Positions 18,214 through 26,793 of a stretch of 64,000 bases of DNA are shown here, one piece after another. Made by a program: the position numbers and the translations under genes. The stretch comes from Candidatus Kaiserbacteria bacterium (lineage in GTDB: Bacteria; Patescibacteriota; Minisyncoccia; Phycocordibacterales; UBA918). The stretch covers positions 30,969-94,968 of the forward strand of contig JAHQWD010000002.1 of NCBI GenBank assembly GCA_019634005.1, in the 5' to 3' direction. How positions within the stretch are numbered: position 1 is the stretch's first letter; each line of letters opens with the position of its first letter. Under the pieces are notes generated by a model. The model saw only the letters and a program-made list of their open reading frames with translations, ran no database searches and had not been told where the DNA came from.

Positions 18214-20388
18214 TTACTCGTCTCCTCCTTTGTTCTGTACTCCTCGCTCTCGCTTGATCTCCTCCGCAACGTTTGGTGGAACAACTGCATAGTGATCAAA
18301 CTCCATCGTCATCGATGCACGCCCTTGTGTCATCGAACGAAGTGAACTGGTGTATCCAAACATTTCAGAAAGTGGAACTTTCGCATGAATGATGGTCTTT
18401 CCACCAATCTCCTCGGTTCCTTCTACCTGTCCACGCTTTGATGAAAGGTTTCCGTTGATGTCTCCCATGTACTCTTCTGGAGTACGTACCTCTACCTTCA
18501 TCACCGGCTCAAGGATAACGGCATTCGCACGCTCTGCAGCCTCTTTGAAGGCGTTGATACCTGCGAGCTTGAAAGCAATCTCTGAAGAGTCCACATCGTG
18601 GTAACTACCATCGAAGAGTTCGACTGAGATATCCTCCATCTTGTACCCTGCAACGAATCCACGACTCATTGCCTCCTTACATCCCTTCATTACTGCTGGA
18701 ATGTATTCCTGTGGAATGGCACCTCCCTTAATATTGTTGACGAACTCAAAGTGGTCATCACGAGTCACATTCTTTGCAACCTCTTCATCTTCACCAAGTG
18801 CGACCAGTGGCTTGATGCGAAGCTTTACGTGTCCGTACTGTCCACGTCCTCCAGACTGCTTCACGTACTTGTGCTCTGCTTCAGCCTCAGACTGGATAGT
18901 CTCACGATACGCTACCTGTGGCTGTCCGATGTTCGCCTCGACGCCGAACTCTCGCTTCATACGATCGATAATAATATCGAGGTGGAGTTCTCCCATACCT
19001 GCGATAATCGTTTCAAGTGTCTCTTCGTCAGTTGATACCTTGAATGTCGGGTCCTCATCAGCAAGACGCTTCAACGCTACCGACATTTTCTCCTGGTCAT
19101 TCTTGGTCTTTGGCTCTACACGTACTGCAACCACTGGCTCGGGGAAGGTAATCTGCTCAAGAAGGATTGGATTTGCCTCATCACAGAGTGTGTGTGATGT
19201 TTTCACTTCCTTAATACCCACCGCAGCAGCAATCTCTCCTGCGTATACTTCCTCGACTTCCTCACGCTTGTCTGCCTGAAGACGTACGATACGTCCCACA
19301 CGCTCTTTGTTTCCTGTAGACGCATTCAAGATATATGAACCCGCCTTTACGGTACCAGAGTACACACGGAAGAAGGCAAGCTGTCCAACGAACTTGTCGT
19401 CCTGAAGCTTGAAAGCAAGCGCACAGAATGGTTCGTCATCTGATGGCTTTCGCTCAAGTGTCTCCTCCTCATTATTTGGGTTTGTTCCCTCTACTGGAGG
19501 AAGGTCAAGTGGAGAGGGGAGATAATCTACCACTGCATCAAGTACCAGCTGTACACCGATGTTCTTCAGTGCGGTACCTGTCATGATCGGGAAGATTGCG
19601 TTTGCGATAACCGCCTTACGAAGGGTCTTCTTAAGATCTTCAAGTGAAGGCTCTTCACCACCAAGGTATGCCTCCATAAGTGCGTCGTCGTGCTCCACCA
19701 CACGCTCGATAAGTTCCGCTCGCCACTTCTTTGCATCCTCCACCATGTTCTCTGGTATATCCTCTTCAGTCACATCCATTCCCATTTCTCCACCGAAACG
19801 GTATGCCTTCATGGTAACGAGATCCACCACTCCGCTCATATCATCCTCTGCACCGATTGGAAGCTGGATACGTACTGCCTTCTTTGAAAGACGATCCTCA
19901 ATAGACTTCACTGATGCATCAAAGTCTGCACCAAGTTTGTCCATTTTGTTCACGAAACAGATACGTGGCACGTTTGCCTCGTCTGCGTACCCCCAGTTTG
20001 TTTCAGTCTGTGGCTCTACACCAGCAGCACCGTCAAATACCACCACCGCACCGTCGAGCACACGCATCGAACGCTTTACCTCTGCGGTAAAGTCGATGTG
20101 TCCTGGGGTATCAATGATGTTAAAGGTGTACTGAAGATCCTTGTTCGTACGATCTGTCTCAAGGGTCTTTGCCCAGTTACATGAGATCGCTGCGGCAGTA
20201 ATGGTAATACCGCGCTCTCGCTCTTGCTCCATCCAGTCGGTAACGGTCTCACCGTCGTGTACCTCACCGATCTTGTGACTCATTCCGGTATAGAAGAGTA
20301 CGCGCTCTGATGTCGTCGTCTTTCCTGCGTCTACGTGCGCAACAATACCGAAGTTTCGTAGTTTCTCTAGTGGAAATGCTCTGCTCAT
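18214..20388 (-). CDS. fusA: elongation factor G
   Basis: [35 protein letters not shown]... 724 aa EF-G. Confidence 0.97.
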   Translation of the reverse strand: MSRAFPLEKLRNFGIVAHVDAGKTTTSERVLFYTGMSHKIGEVHDGETVTDWMEQERERGITITAAAISCNWAKTLETDRTNKDLQYTFNIIDTPGHIDFTAEVKRSMRVLDGAVVVFDGAAGVEPQTETNWGYADEANVPRICFVNKMDKLGADFDASVKSIEDRLSKKAVRIQLPIGAEDDMSGVVDLVTMKAYRFGGEMGMDVTEEDIPENMVEDAKKWRAELIERVVEHDDALMEAYLGGEEPSLEDLKKTLRKAVIANAIFPIMTGTALKNIGVQLVLDAVVDYLPSPLDLPPVEGTNPNNEEETLERKPSDDEPFCALAFKLQDDKFVGQLAFFRVYSGTVKAGSYILNASTGNKERVGRIVRLQADKREEVEEVYAGEIAAAVGIKEVKTSHTLCDEANPILLEQITFPEPVVAVRVEPKTKNDQEKMSVALKRLADEDPTFKVSTDEETLETIIAGMGELHLDIIIDRMKREFGVEANIGQPQVAYRETIQSEAEAEHKYVKQSGGRGQYGHVKLRIKPLVALGEDEEVAKNVTRDDHFEFVNNIKGGAIPQEYIPAVMKGCKEAMSRGFVAGYKMEDISVELFDGSYHDVDSSEIAFKLAGINAFKEAAERANAVILEPVMKVEVRTPEEYMGDINGNLSSKRGQVEGTEEIGGKTIIHAKVPLSEMFGYTSSLRSMTQGRASMTMEFDHYAVVPPNVAEEIKRERGVQNKGGDE

Positions 20389-20510
20389 AAATATATCTAT
20401 TCAATAATAATTACCTCCTTTCAGTCCTTACGTGGCGAACGTAAAAGAAAAAGGTCCTCAGACCTTAGGTGCGCACACTATACGGTATTTAAGGAAAGAA
20501 AACAATACGT

Positions 20511-20792
20511 TTAGAGGTCAAAAAGTACAATTGTTGTCCCTCGAATAAAGTCCTGATGGTCTTTCGGCTTTACTCTCTCTACATAAACGGCAAGCTCATC
20601 AAGGGTAAAACCGTTGTAGTGTGGCTCTAAATCATTGAGTTCACACGCAATCTCAAAGACGAGACAAGCTGTGCGCTTATTCCCATCCGTGAATGGATGG
20701 TCTTTAATAAGAAAATAAAGAAGCGCAACCAGTTTTTCTTCTGGTCGCTCATAAATATCAACGCCGAAATGCGTCTGATTAATTATTCTCTG
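20511..20792 (-). pseudogene. Fic/Doc-family (death-on-curing) toxin remnant lacking start codon/N-terminus
   Basis: Minus frame from TGA at 20795-20793 reads QRIINQTHFGVDIYERPEEKLVALLYFLIKDHPFTDGNKRTACLVFEIACELND...; HPFxDGNKR is the Doc catalytic motif. No ATG/GTG/TTG in the 93 codons; putative N-terminal part (MKEKKLFQ...TENN) in another frame. Confidence 0.5.
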
Positions 20793-20851
20793 TCAAAGAC
20801 TCAACTGTTTTCTGTGCGTTTGGAGTAAGTGGGAAGGCTATATGTCCTCGA

Positions 20852-21019
20852 CTATGAAGAAGTTTGTACGTTAGACAGACGATCTGCCACGTTGTCGGTT
20901 GAAATAACTTTTTTTCCTTCATCGTAATCACGAAGCGATTCAATCACCTGCTTATTTTCTTTAAGCTGGCGCTCTGCAATTTGAGTGATATTCTTTTTTC
21001 GCTTCAAAAAATTAAACAT
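20852..21019 (-). CDS. small ORF upstream of Doc remnant (55 aa), possible antitoxin-like partner; speculative
   Basis: MFNFLKRKKNITQIAERQLKENKQVIESLRDYDEGKKVISTDNVADRLSNVQTSS; position relative to Doc remnant only; no strong SD. Confidence 0.25.
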   Translation of the reverse strand: MFNFLKRKKNITQIAERQLKENKQVIESLRDYDEGKKVISTDNVADRLSNVQTSS

Positions 21020-21051
21020 GGTACTTATACTGTGCTACAAAGCCTCCTTAC

Positions 21052-21077
21052 AAAAAAGCCCCTCTCGGGGCTTTTTC
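21052..21077 (-). terminator. Rho-independent terminator after rpsG (aaaaagccccgagaggggcttttttg on minus)
   Basis: 6-bp GC stem + U-tract 4 nt after rpsG stop. Confidence 0.6.
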
Positions 21078-21081
21078 TCTT

Positions 21082-21555
21082 CTACCACGCAAAGTGTGCA
21101 AATGCGCGGTTGGCTTCTGCCATCTTGTGTGTGTCTTCCTTCTTCTTTACTGCTGATCCCTCCTCGTTTGCTGCGAGCATGAGCTCTTGTGCAAGTGCTT
21201 TATGCATAGGGGTTCCCTTTCCACTGCGTGCTGCTGAGATAATCCAACGGAGTGCAAGTGCAAGACGTCGCTCTGGACGCACCTCACGTGGCACCTGGTA
21301 GTTTGCACCACCGACACGACGGCTTCGTACCTCCATCTGTGGACCTGCATTAGAGAGTGCCTTTTCGAAGATCTCAAGTGGCTCTCCACCATTCTCCTTT
21401 GCATTCTTAATCTCCTCGAACGCTCCATACACGATCTTACGTGCAGTTTCCTTCTGTCCACGAAGCATCACGTAGTTGATAAGACGTGCTACTTCGATTG
21501 AATTGTACCGCTCATCAGGTTGTACCTGTGGCTTCTTTTTGATTGGTCTTCGCAT
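21082..21555 (-). CDS. rpsG: 30S ribosomal protein S7
   Basis: ...[27 protein letters not shown]...[11 protein letters not shown]... typical S7. Confidence 0.95.
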   Translation of the reverse strand: MRRPIKKKPQVQPDERYNSIEVARLINYVMLRGQKETARKIVYGAFEEIKNAKENGGEPLEIFEKALSNAGPQMEVRSRRVGGANYQVPREVRPERRLALALRWIISAARSGKGTPMHKALAQELMLAANEEGSAVKKKEDTHKMAEANRAFAHFAW

Positions 21556-21607
21556 ATTATTTCTATCGTTATCTAAAGCGAATATAAACTATTTATGAGT
21601 AATTGTG

Positions 21608-22021
21608 CTATTCACCCTTCGGCTTCTTTGCTCCGTAGCGTGAACGTCCTCGTCGTCGTTCATCCACACCAGTCGCATCGTACTTACCACGGACAACAGT
21701 GTAGTTCACACCGATGTCCTTCACGCGTCCTCCACGGACGAGCACAACAGAGTGCTCCTGAAGTGTGTGTCCCATACCTGGGATGTATGCGGTAATTTCC
21801 TGTCCGTTGGTAAGGCGTACACGTGCAATCTTTCGAATCGCAGAGTTCGGCTTACGCGGAGTCTTGGTCGTTACACGCGTACACACACCACGCTTGAATG
21901 GTGAGTTATATGCGTTTGGTCGGTTCTTAACCTTGTTGAAACCAGACTGCAATGCAGCCACCTTTGATTTCTTTGCAGGGTCTCGACGACTCTTACGTGT
22001 TAATTGATTAATTGTTGCCAT
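21608..22021 (-). CDS. rpsL: 30S ribosomal protein S12
   Basis: [14 protein letters not shown]...[48 protein letters not shown]; start trimmed to ATG 22021 (track ORF 22231 is upstream extension). Confidence 0.95.
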   Translation of the reverse strand: MATINQLTRKSRRDPAKKSKVAALQSGFNKVKNRPNAYNSPFKRGVCTRVTTKTPRKPNSAIRKIARVRLTNGQEITAYIPGMGHTLQEHSVVLVRGGRVKDIGVNYTVVRGKYDATGVDERRRGRSRYGAKKPKGE

Positions 22022-22442
22022 ATTTGGTGGCAGTACTCTACTATATCTGTGTGAAACTGCAAGTGTTTGAGTATAAAAAACGCCCCTAAGTGTCTGCCGC
22101 AACAGACGCTTAGAGGCTTCGCACCCTGTCTTCTTGGCCACTAATCTGTTTACACGCATGTGAACAGACCCCGAGACACCATTCATGAAAGTTACATCGT
22201 GAATAACTACCACTAGAAGACATTGTCTCAAGAACGTGCGCAGTCCTTGCCTACCAGTCTCGGGTTCAAACTGTCTATTTGAAAGATACTAAAGAACACT
22301 CTACATTTGCAACAACAAGGCGCATGCGCCGTTGGAAGTATGGGGAGAGGGGTTTGCCAATCACTCTGGCCGTAGGCCGCTGTGAATTAATCAAGGAATC
22401 TTCTCTTGAACCCTCTCCCCCAAGAGAAGCGGCAAAACAATA

Positions 22443-23093
22443 CTACAAACCTCCCAATCCTGTCAAGAGACCAAATACTTTGAACAACAGTACAGAAAAC
22501 GGTGTCCACAGTACATTTATAAATAGAAAGAGAAGAAGGAATGTGAAGAGGAGTCCCAATCGTTCAATACGTGCAGTCATTTCTTGGTATTTCATGGCAG
22601 CGCGTGTAGGAAGCAGCGCCAAGAGTACCTTCGATCCATCAAGCGGTGGGAGTGGAATAAGATTAAAGAACCCGAGTAATATATTGATATATACAATGTA
22701 ACTTGAAAGCTCTACCACCGCAGGGGTAAGACCGAGTATATCCGCAGAACGAATTAAAAGCGCAAAGATAATAGCAAGCAGAAAGTTCGCAAGCGCTCCT
22801 GCTGCTGCAACAAATGCCTCCGCATACCGTCCTTGCCCAAAGAGTGGTCGCAGATTATACGGATTGTACGGCACTGGCTTTGCCCATCCAAAAAGAAATC
22901 CTGCATTTGAAAGAAAGAGGAGTCCTGGGATAATCACGGATCCCAATGGGTCAATATGGTTCAGTGGATTTATGGTAAGCCTTCCCTGAAGACGTGCCGT
23001 TGGGTCTCCAAGCCAGTCTGCCGCATATCCATGCGCTACTTCATGGAGCACAATAGAAAGAATGAGGGCTACGATGATGATAAGTTCTGCCAT
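22443..23093 (-). CDS. site-2 protease family zinc metalloprotease (peptidase M50)
   Basis: HEVAHG motif in first TM helix, polytopic membrane protein, LDGSKV later; M50 architecture. Confidence 0.75.
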   Translation of the reverse strand: MAELIIIVALILSIVLHEVAHGYAADWLGDPTARLQGRLTINPLNHIDPLGSVIIPGLLFLSNAGFLFGWAKPVPYNPYNLRPLFGQGRYAEAFVAAAGALANFLLAIIFALLIRSADILGLTPAVVELSSYIVYINILLGFFNLIPLPPLDGSKVLLALLPTRAAMKYQEMTARIERLGLLFTFLLLFLFINVLWTPFSVLLFKVFGLLTGLGGL

Positions 23094-23159
23094 AGTGGAG
23101 ACATTCTATCATAGAGACACTTGCACTCCACCCTATATATGGTACGATGGCGCGCACAT

Positions 23160-23402
23160 ATGGCTAAGCAATGCGACATCACTGGAAAGAAAACCCAGAT
23201 TGGGGGACGATACTCTAACCGCACACGTGCGACGCAGTTTAACCCGTGCGGAAAGACACGTCGTCAGCCAAACCTTCAGAAGAAACGAATCTTCGTACCA
23301 GAGATTGGAAAGACGGTTGTGGTTAATGTTTCAGCAAAGGCACTCCGCACTATTGCAAAGAACGGAGCATACAAGACGCTCAAGGAAGCAAAGATTATTT
23401 AA
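23160..23402 (+). CDS. rpmB: 50S ribosomal protein L28
   Basis: MAKQCDITGKKTQIGGRYSNRTRATQFNPCGKTRRQPNLQKKRIFVPE; start trimmed to 23160. Confidence 0.88.
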   Translation: MAKQCDITGKKTQIGGRYSNRTRATQFNPCGKTRRQPNLQKKRIFVPEIGKTVVVNVSAKALRTIAKNGAYKTLKEAKII

Positions 23403-24246
23403 ACCAGATACTCTTTCCGTCAGAAATCATGAAAATACTGCCCTCATCGGCAGTGTTTTTTATTTCACTGACAGAAAGATTCTCCAGAACCTCTGCATGT
23501 GGGTGTCCGTACCTGTTATCCTTCCCGGCGGAAATAATGGAATATGTTGGACGAACTACTTCAATAAACTCCTCTGCAGTTGATGTCTTAGACCCGTGGT
23601 GTCCCACCTTCAGCACATCACTCTGTATATCTCCTTCCAAAAGTTTTCGTTCCACCTCCTGAGGCGCATCTCCCATAAAGAGAAACTCGCTCTCTCCATA
23701 GACCAGGCGTGCGACGATTGAAGCCTCGTTACTTTCTAAATCTGATGCATCAGCCTCGGGGAAGAGGATGGTCAGCACCGCTCCACCGCCAAGGTCATAG
23801 GTCTGACCACGTCGTGCAAAGAGCATCTCTCCTTCAAGACGTTCTTCCACCGCCTGCCAAACTGCGGTCTCACTTTCCTTTTCTGTTCGAAGCACGTGCA
23901 GAATCTCATAGCGATCAAATACAGAAACCAATCCTCCAACATGATCACTGTCTGGATGGGTAATGAGGACATAGTCTATAGTCTTATCAAAAAAACCCAT
24001 CACATCCGCAAGCGGTCGAAGCACCGCACTCCCTCGCCCACCATCGATAAGCATCTGTGTTTCCGTTGGAGATTGTATGAATATGGAATCTCCTTGCCCT
24101 ACATCAAGAAAAACAACACAGAGGAGTCTCTCTGGACATGTGCCAGACTGAGACACCGCCGCAACATTCCGCTCTGGAAGCACATCAAGACTCCCAATGA
24201 GAATGAAGAAGAGTACAAGCAGTATCAAAGAACGAAGGATTCTCAT
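23395..24246 (-). CDS. ComEC-type metallo-beta-lactamase domain protein (stand-alone C-terminal module of ComEC/Rec2)
   Basis: N-terminal TM anchor then LITHPDSDHVGG ... KVGHHGSKTS ... motifs of the ComEC MBL domain. Confidence 0.75.
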   Translation of the reverse strand: MRILRSLILLVLFFILIGSLDVLPERNVAAVSQSGTCPERLLCVVFLDVGQGDSIFIQSPTETQMLIDGGRGSAVLRPLADVMGFFDKTIDYVLITHPDSDHVGGLVSVFDRYEILHVLRTEKESETAVWQAVEERLEGEMLFARRGQTYDLGGGAVLTILFPEADASDLESNEASIVARLVYGESEFLFMGDAPQEVERKLLEGDIQSDVLKVGHHGSKTSTAEEFIEVVRPTYSIISAGKDNRYGHPHAEVLENLSVSEIKNTADEGSIFMISDGKSIWFK

Positions 24247-24307
24247 ATTTTGAAGAGTTGTTCTCCATACTATACAATGTGTGCATCATTATCTTTAAAA
24301 CAATTCT

Positions 24308-24886
24308 ATGGAATACACAGCAAAAACATTTAATCTAGGAGCACTCGAGGGTCTCTCAGAGAAACAACTCTCTGTACACCTCGGTCTCTATGAGGGATAT
24401 GTAAAACACGTGAATCACTTGCGCACGCAGGTACATGATCTCGAATCACAGGACAAAGAGAAGTATGCATACGCAATTGCAGAACTTCGACGCCGTCTTG
24501 GATTCGAGTTCGACGGTATGCGTATGCACGAGTACTACTTCTCACAATTTGAAGGTGGTGCCACTGATGTGCCAGAAAACCTCTCTGCACTGGTATCAGA
24601 AAAGTACGGTTCGTGGGAAGGATTCATCGAACACTTCACTACCGTAGGCATGACCCGCGGTATTGGTTGGACTGTTCTCTACCAAGACCCAGACGTAAAC
24701 ACTGTCCATGTTGCATGGGTGGGAGATCACGAGCTCGGACAACTTTCTGGACTTCCTATTATCCTCGCCATGGATATGTGGGAACACGCGTTCATGGTGG
24801 ACTACGTACCGAGTGAGAAGAAAACGTATATCGAAGCCTTCCTCAAGAATATAAATTGGGAGACGGTTGCGAAGCGCATCACCTAA
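24308..24886 (+). CDS. sodA: Fe/Mn superoxide dismutase
   Basis: ...HHxxHH-type N-terminus and DMWEHAF motif (ILAMDMWEHAFMVDY). Confidence 0.92.
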   Translation: MEYTAKTFNLGALEGLSEKQLSVHLGLYEGYVKHVNHLRTQVHDLESQDKEKYAYAIAELRRRLGFEFDGMRMHEYYFSQFEGGATDVPENLSALVSEKYGSWEGFIEHFTTVGMTRGIGWTVLYQDPDVNTVHVAWVGDHELGQLSGLPIILAMDMWEHAFMVDYVPSEKKTYIEAFLKNINWETVAKRIT

Positions 24887-24889
24887 GAA

Positions 24890-24918
24890 AAAGCCTCACG
24901 AATCTCGTGAGGCTTTTT
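24890..24918. terminator. Bidirectional terminator between convergent sodA (+) and comEC (-) (aaaagcctcacgaatctcgtgaggctttttt)
   Basis: 9-bp stem with A/T tracts both sides; comEC stop lies inside the stem. Confidence 0.6.
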
Positions 24919-26353
24919 TCATTTTCAGAAGTACAGCTCCCATCACGACATAACAAAGTGCAACGATCCAGAATGGGAATGTGGGAACTGCAAACGACGC
25001 GAGCGAGAGATCTCCAAACCATGATGCAACAGACACGATGTATGCAAGTAACCCAAACGCAAAAAATCCAAAAAGCATTCCAAGAGGGGCAGACACAAAT
25101 CCAATGACTCCTGATAAAAATGAGAGGAGCATCGCAAGCGGCACTGCAGGTAACACGAGCACATTCACGAGCGGGGCAACTATAGAAAACTCTCCCATCA
25201 TGTAGAGGAGAAGTGGAAGCACTGCAATCTGTGTTGCAATGGTGGAGACAACAAACTCGCGTATCTGTAATTGCGTCGGTACTCGGATGAAAACTTTTTC
25301 TAAGTGCGGTGCGATTAAGATCAGTCCGAGTGTCGCAAGAAACGAAAGTTGAAACCCTGGATCAAAAACAAGGAGATACGGATTAAAAAGTACCATCACT
25401 GCTCCAGAGAAAAGGAGTGCACGCGTAACCTGATACCGTCTTCCCATCGACCGTGCAAGGAGCACGAGCGCTGCCATGATAGATGCCCGCACGACCGTTG
25501 CAGAGAGTCCAACGATGAGTGCAAATGAAAGAATGGCTCCCCCACCAAAAAGTACGCGTGTCCGTGGCGTCGTGAAGTATGAGAGTAGCCGCATGATGCT
25601 TTCAACGACGATCATAATGTTGTATCCAGAGAGCACCACAATGTGAATGATGCCTGTCTTCCGAAATGCTTCTTCTAAATCTTCTCCGAGGGCTCGTTTC
25701 ACACCGAGCAATAATCCTTCGCCCAGGCCCGCCTCTGGCTCTGGGAGTAGTCGTTCTAGTGAAGACATAAATGAGTGCTTCCACAAAAGGAGTCTTTCAA
25801 TAACTGGATTCCCCTCTCCCTCTCCAAGTACTTCCACCTCCGCACCAGAGATGCGGTGTGTCACCCCACGTGCACGGAGATAGCCAGGATAGTTGAACGT
25901 ACGACCAAGATCTGTTTCAAAAGACTCTGGACGTTCCACAACGCCATGAAACAGAGTACGATCACCATACGCTACATCTAAAAATGGATCCGTAGTGATG
26001 AGTATCAAAGCGTCATGCTCCTCATCCTGTACATAGAGGTGTTGTGAAACACTGCGCACATCTGGCTCACGCACCACAATGCCAACAAGAGAAACCGTAG
26101 TGTTTTCGAGTCCCACATACGGAGATGTTTCCCACGTGGTCACATCCATGCGGAATAATCCGACCGCGCATCCAAGTAAAAACACACTGAAATATAAAAA
26201 GAACGCAGCATATCTGCGTTGCCAAAGTACACCCAACACCAGAGACAGAAGAAGCGTCCAAAGTATCACCGCCTGTGAAACAGGTACGAACGATGCAATA
26301 AATATACCTATGCCAAAGCCACCGAGTGCACTATAGAACGATCCTGCACTCAT
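24896..26353 (-). CDS. comEC: ComEC/Rec2 DNA internalisation channel, N-terminal DUF4131 + competence domain (MBL domain encoded separately)
   Basis: Polytopic membrane protein with OB-like segment (VSLVGIVVREPDV...), conserved ComEC core (IIHIVVLSGYNIMIVV, LATLGLI); ATGA overlap with rnhA. Confidence 0.8.
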   Translation of the reverse strand: MSAGSFYSALGGFGIGIFIASFVPVSQAVILWTLLLSLVLGVLWQRRYAAFFLYFSVFLLGCAVGLFRMDVTTWETSPYVGLENTTVSLVGIVVREPDVRSVSQHLYVQDEEHDALILITTDPFLDVAYGDRTLFHGVVERPESFETDLGRTFNYPGYLRARGVTHRISGAEVEVLGEGEGNPVIERLLLWKHSFMSSLERLLPEPEAGLGEGLLLGVKRALGEDLEEAFRKTGIIHIVVLSGYNIMIVVESIMRLLSYFTTPRTRVLFGGGAILSFALIVGLSATVVRASIMAALVLLARSMGRRYQVTRALLFSGAVMVLFNPYLLVFDPGFQLSFLATLGLILIAPHLEKVFIRVPTQLQIREFVVSTIATQIAVLPLLLYMMGEFSIVAPLVNVLVLPAVPLAMLLSFLSGVIGFVSAPLGMLFGFFAFGLLAYIVSVASWFGDLSLASFAVPTFPFWIVALCYVVMGAVLLKMKKASRDS

Positions 26354-26772
26354 GCACCACGATCCATTGCTTCGTTAGCAAGCCGATCTGCATCTTTGTT
26401 ATATTCTCTCCGAACGTGAGTAAAAGTGATGTGCGGGAAGTATTCATCACGGATCCGAATGATCTCCTCATAGATTGGACGGAGAGTGTCAGATTTTACC
26501 TTATACTCCCCATTAATTTGCTTCTGTACTAACTCGCTATCGAGTTTAATCTCAAACTGCATGTGTGGCGTATCATCTCCATAGAGTTCTCGGAGTGTCT
26601 CAAGCGCCACCAACGCCCCAGCATACTCTGCAAAGTTATTCGTCTGCTCTCCGAGATATTGTGAAACCTCTTTCAACACATCTCCATCTTCGTTCTCAAT
26701 ATGCACCCCGAGACCTGCAGGACCCGGATTCCCTCGTGCACCGCCGTCGGTGTATGCGATGATTTTTTTCAT
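26350..26772 (-). CDS. rnhA: ribonuclease HI
   Basis: MKKIIAYTDGGARGNPGPAGLGV...NNFAEYAGALVALE...KDADRLANEA RNase H catalytic DEDD motifs. Confidence 0.88.
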   Translation of the reverse strand: MKKIIAYTDGGARGNPGPAGLGVHIENEDGDVLKEVSQYLGEQTNNFAEYAGALVALETLRELYGDDTPHMQFEIKLDSELVQKQINGEYKVKSDTLRPIYEEIIRIRDEYFPHITFTHVRREYNKDADRLANEAMDRGA

Positions 26773-26793
26773 AAAGATAAGTATGCCACAGAT

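Noticed and set aside
18641-19279. 212-aa + strand ORF (and 19559..20134) within fusA
   Set aside because: Antisense to an unambiguous EF-G coding sequence.
22022-22442. Looked for RNase P RNA, tmRNA or SRP RNA signatures (GGAAAGUCCGG P4, GGAUUCGAC, UUCGAAUCC, GGAAGCAGCC) here and in other gaps
   Set aside because: None of the diagnostic strings found by eye; region kept only as an unclassified ncRNA candidate.
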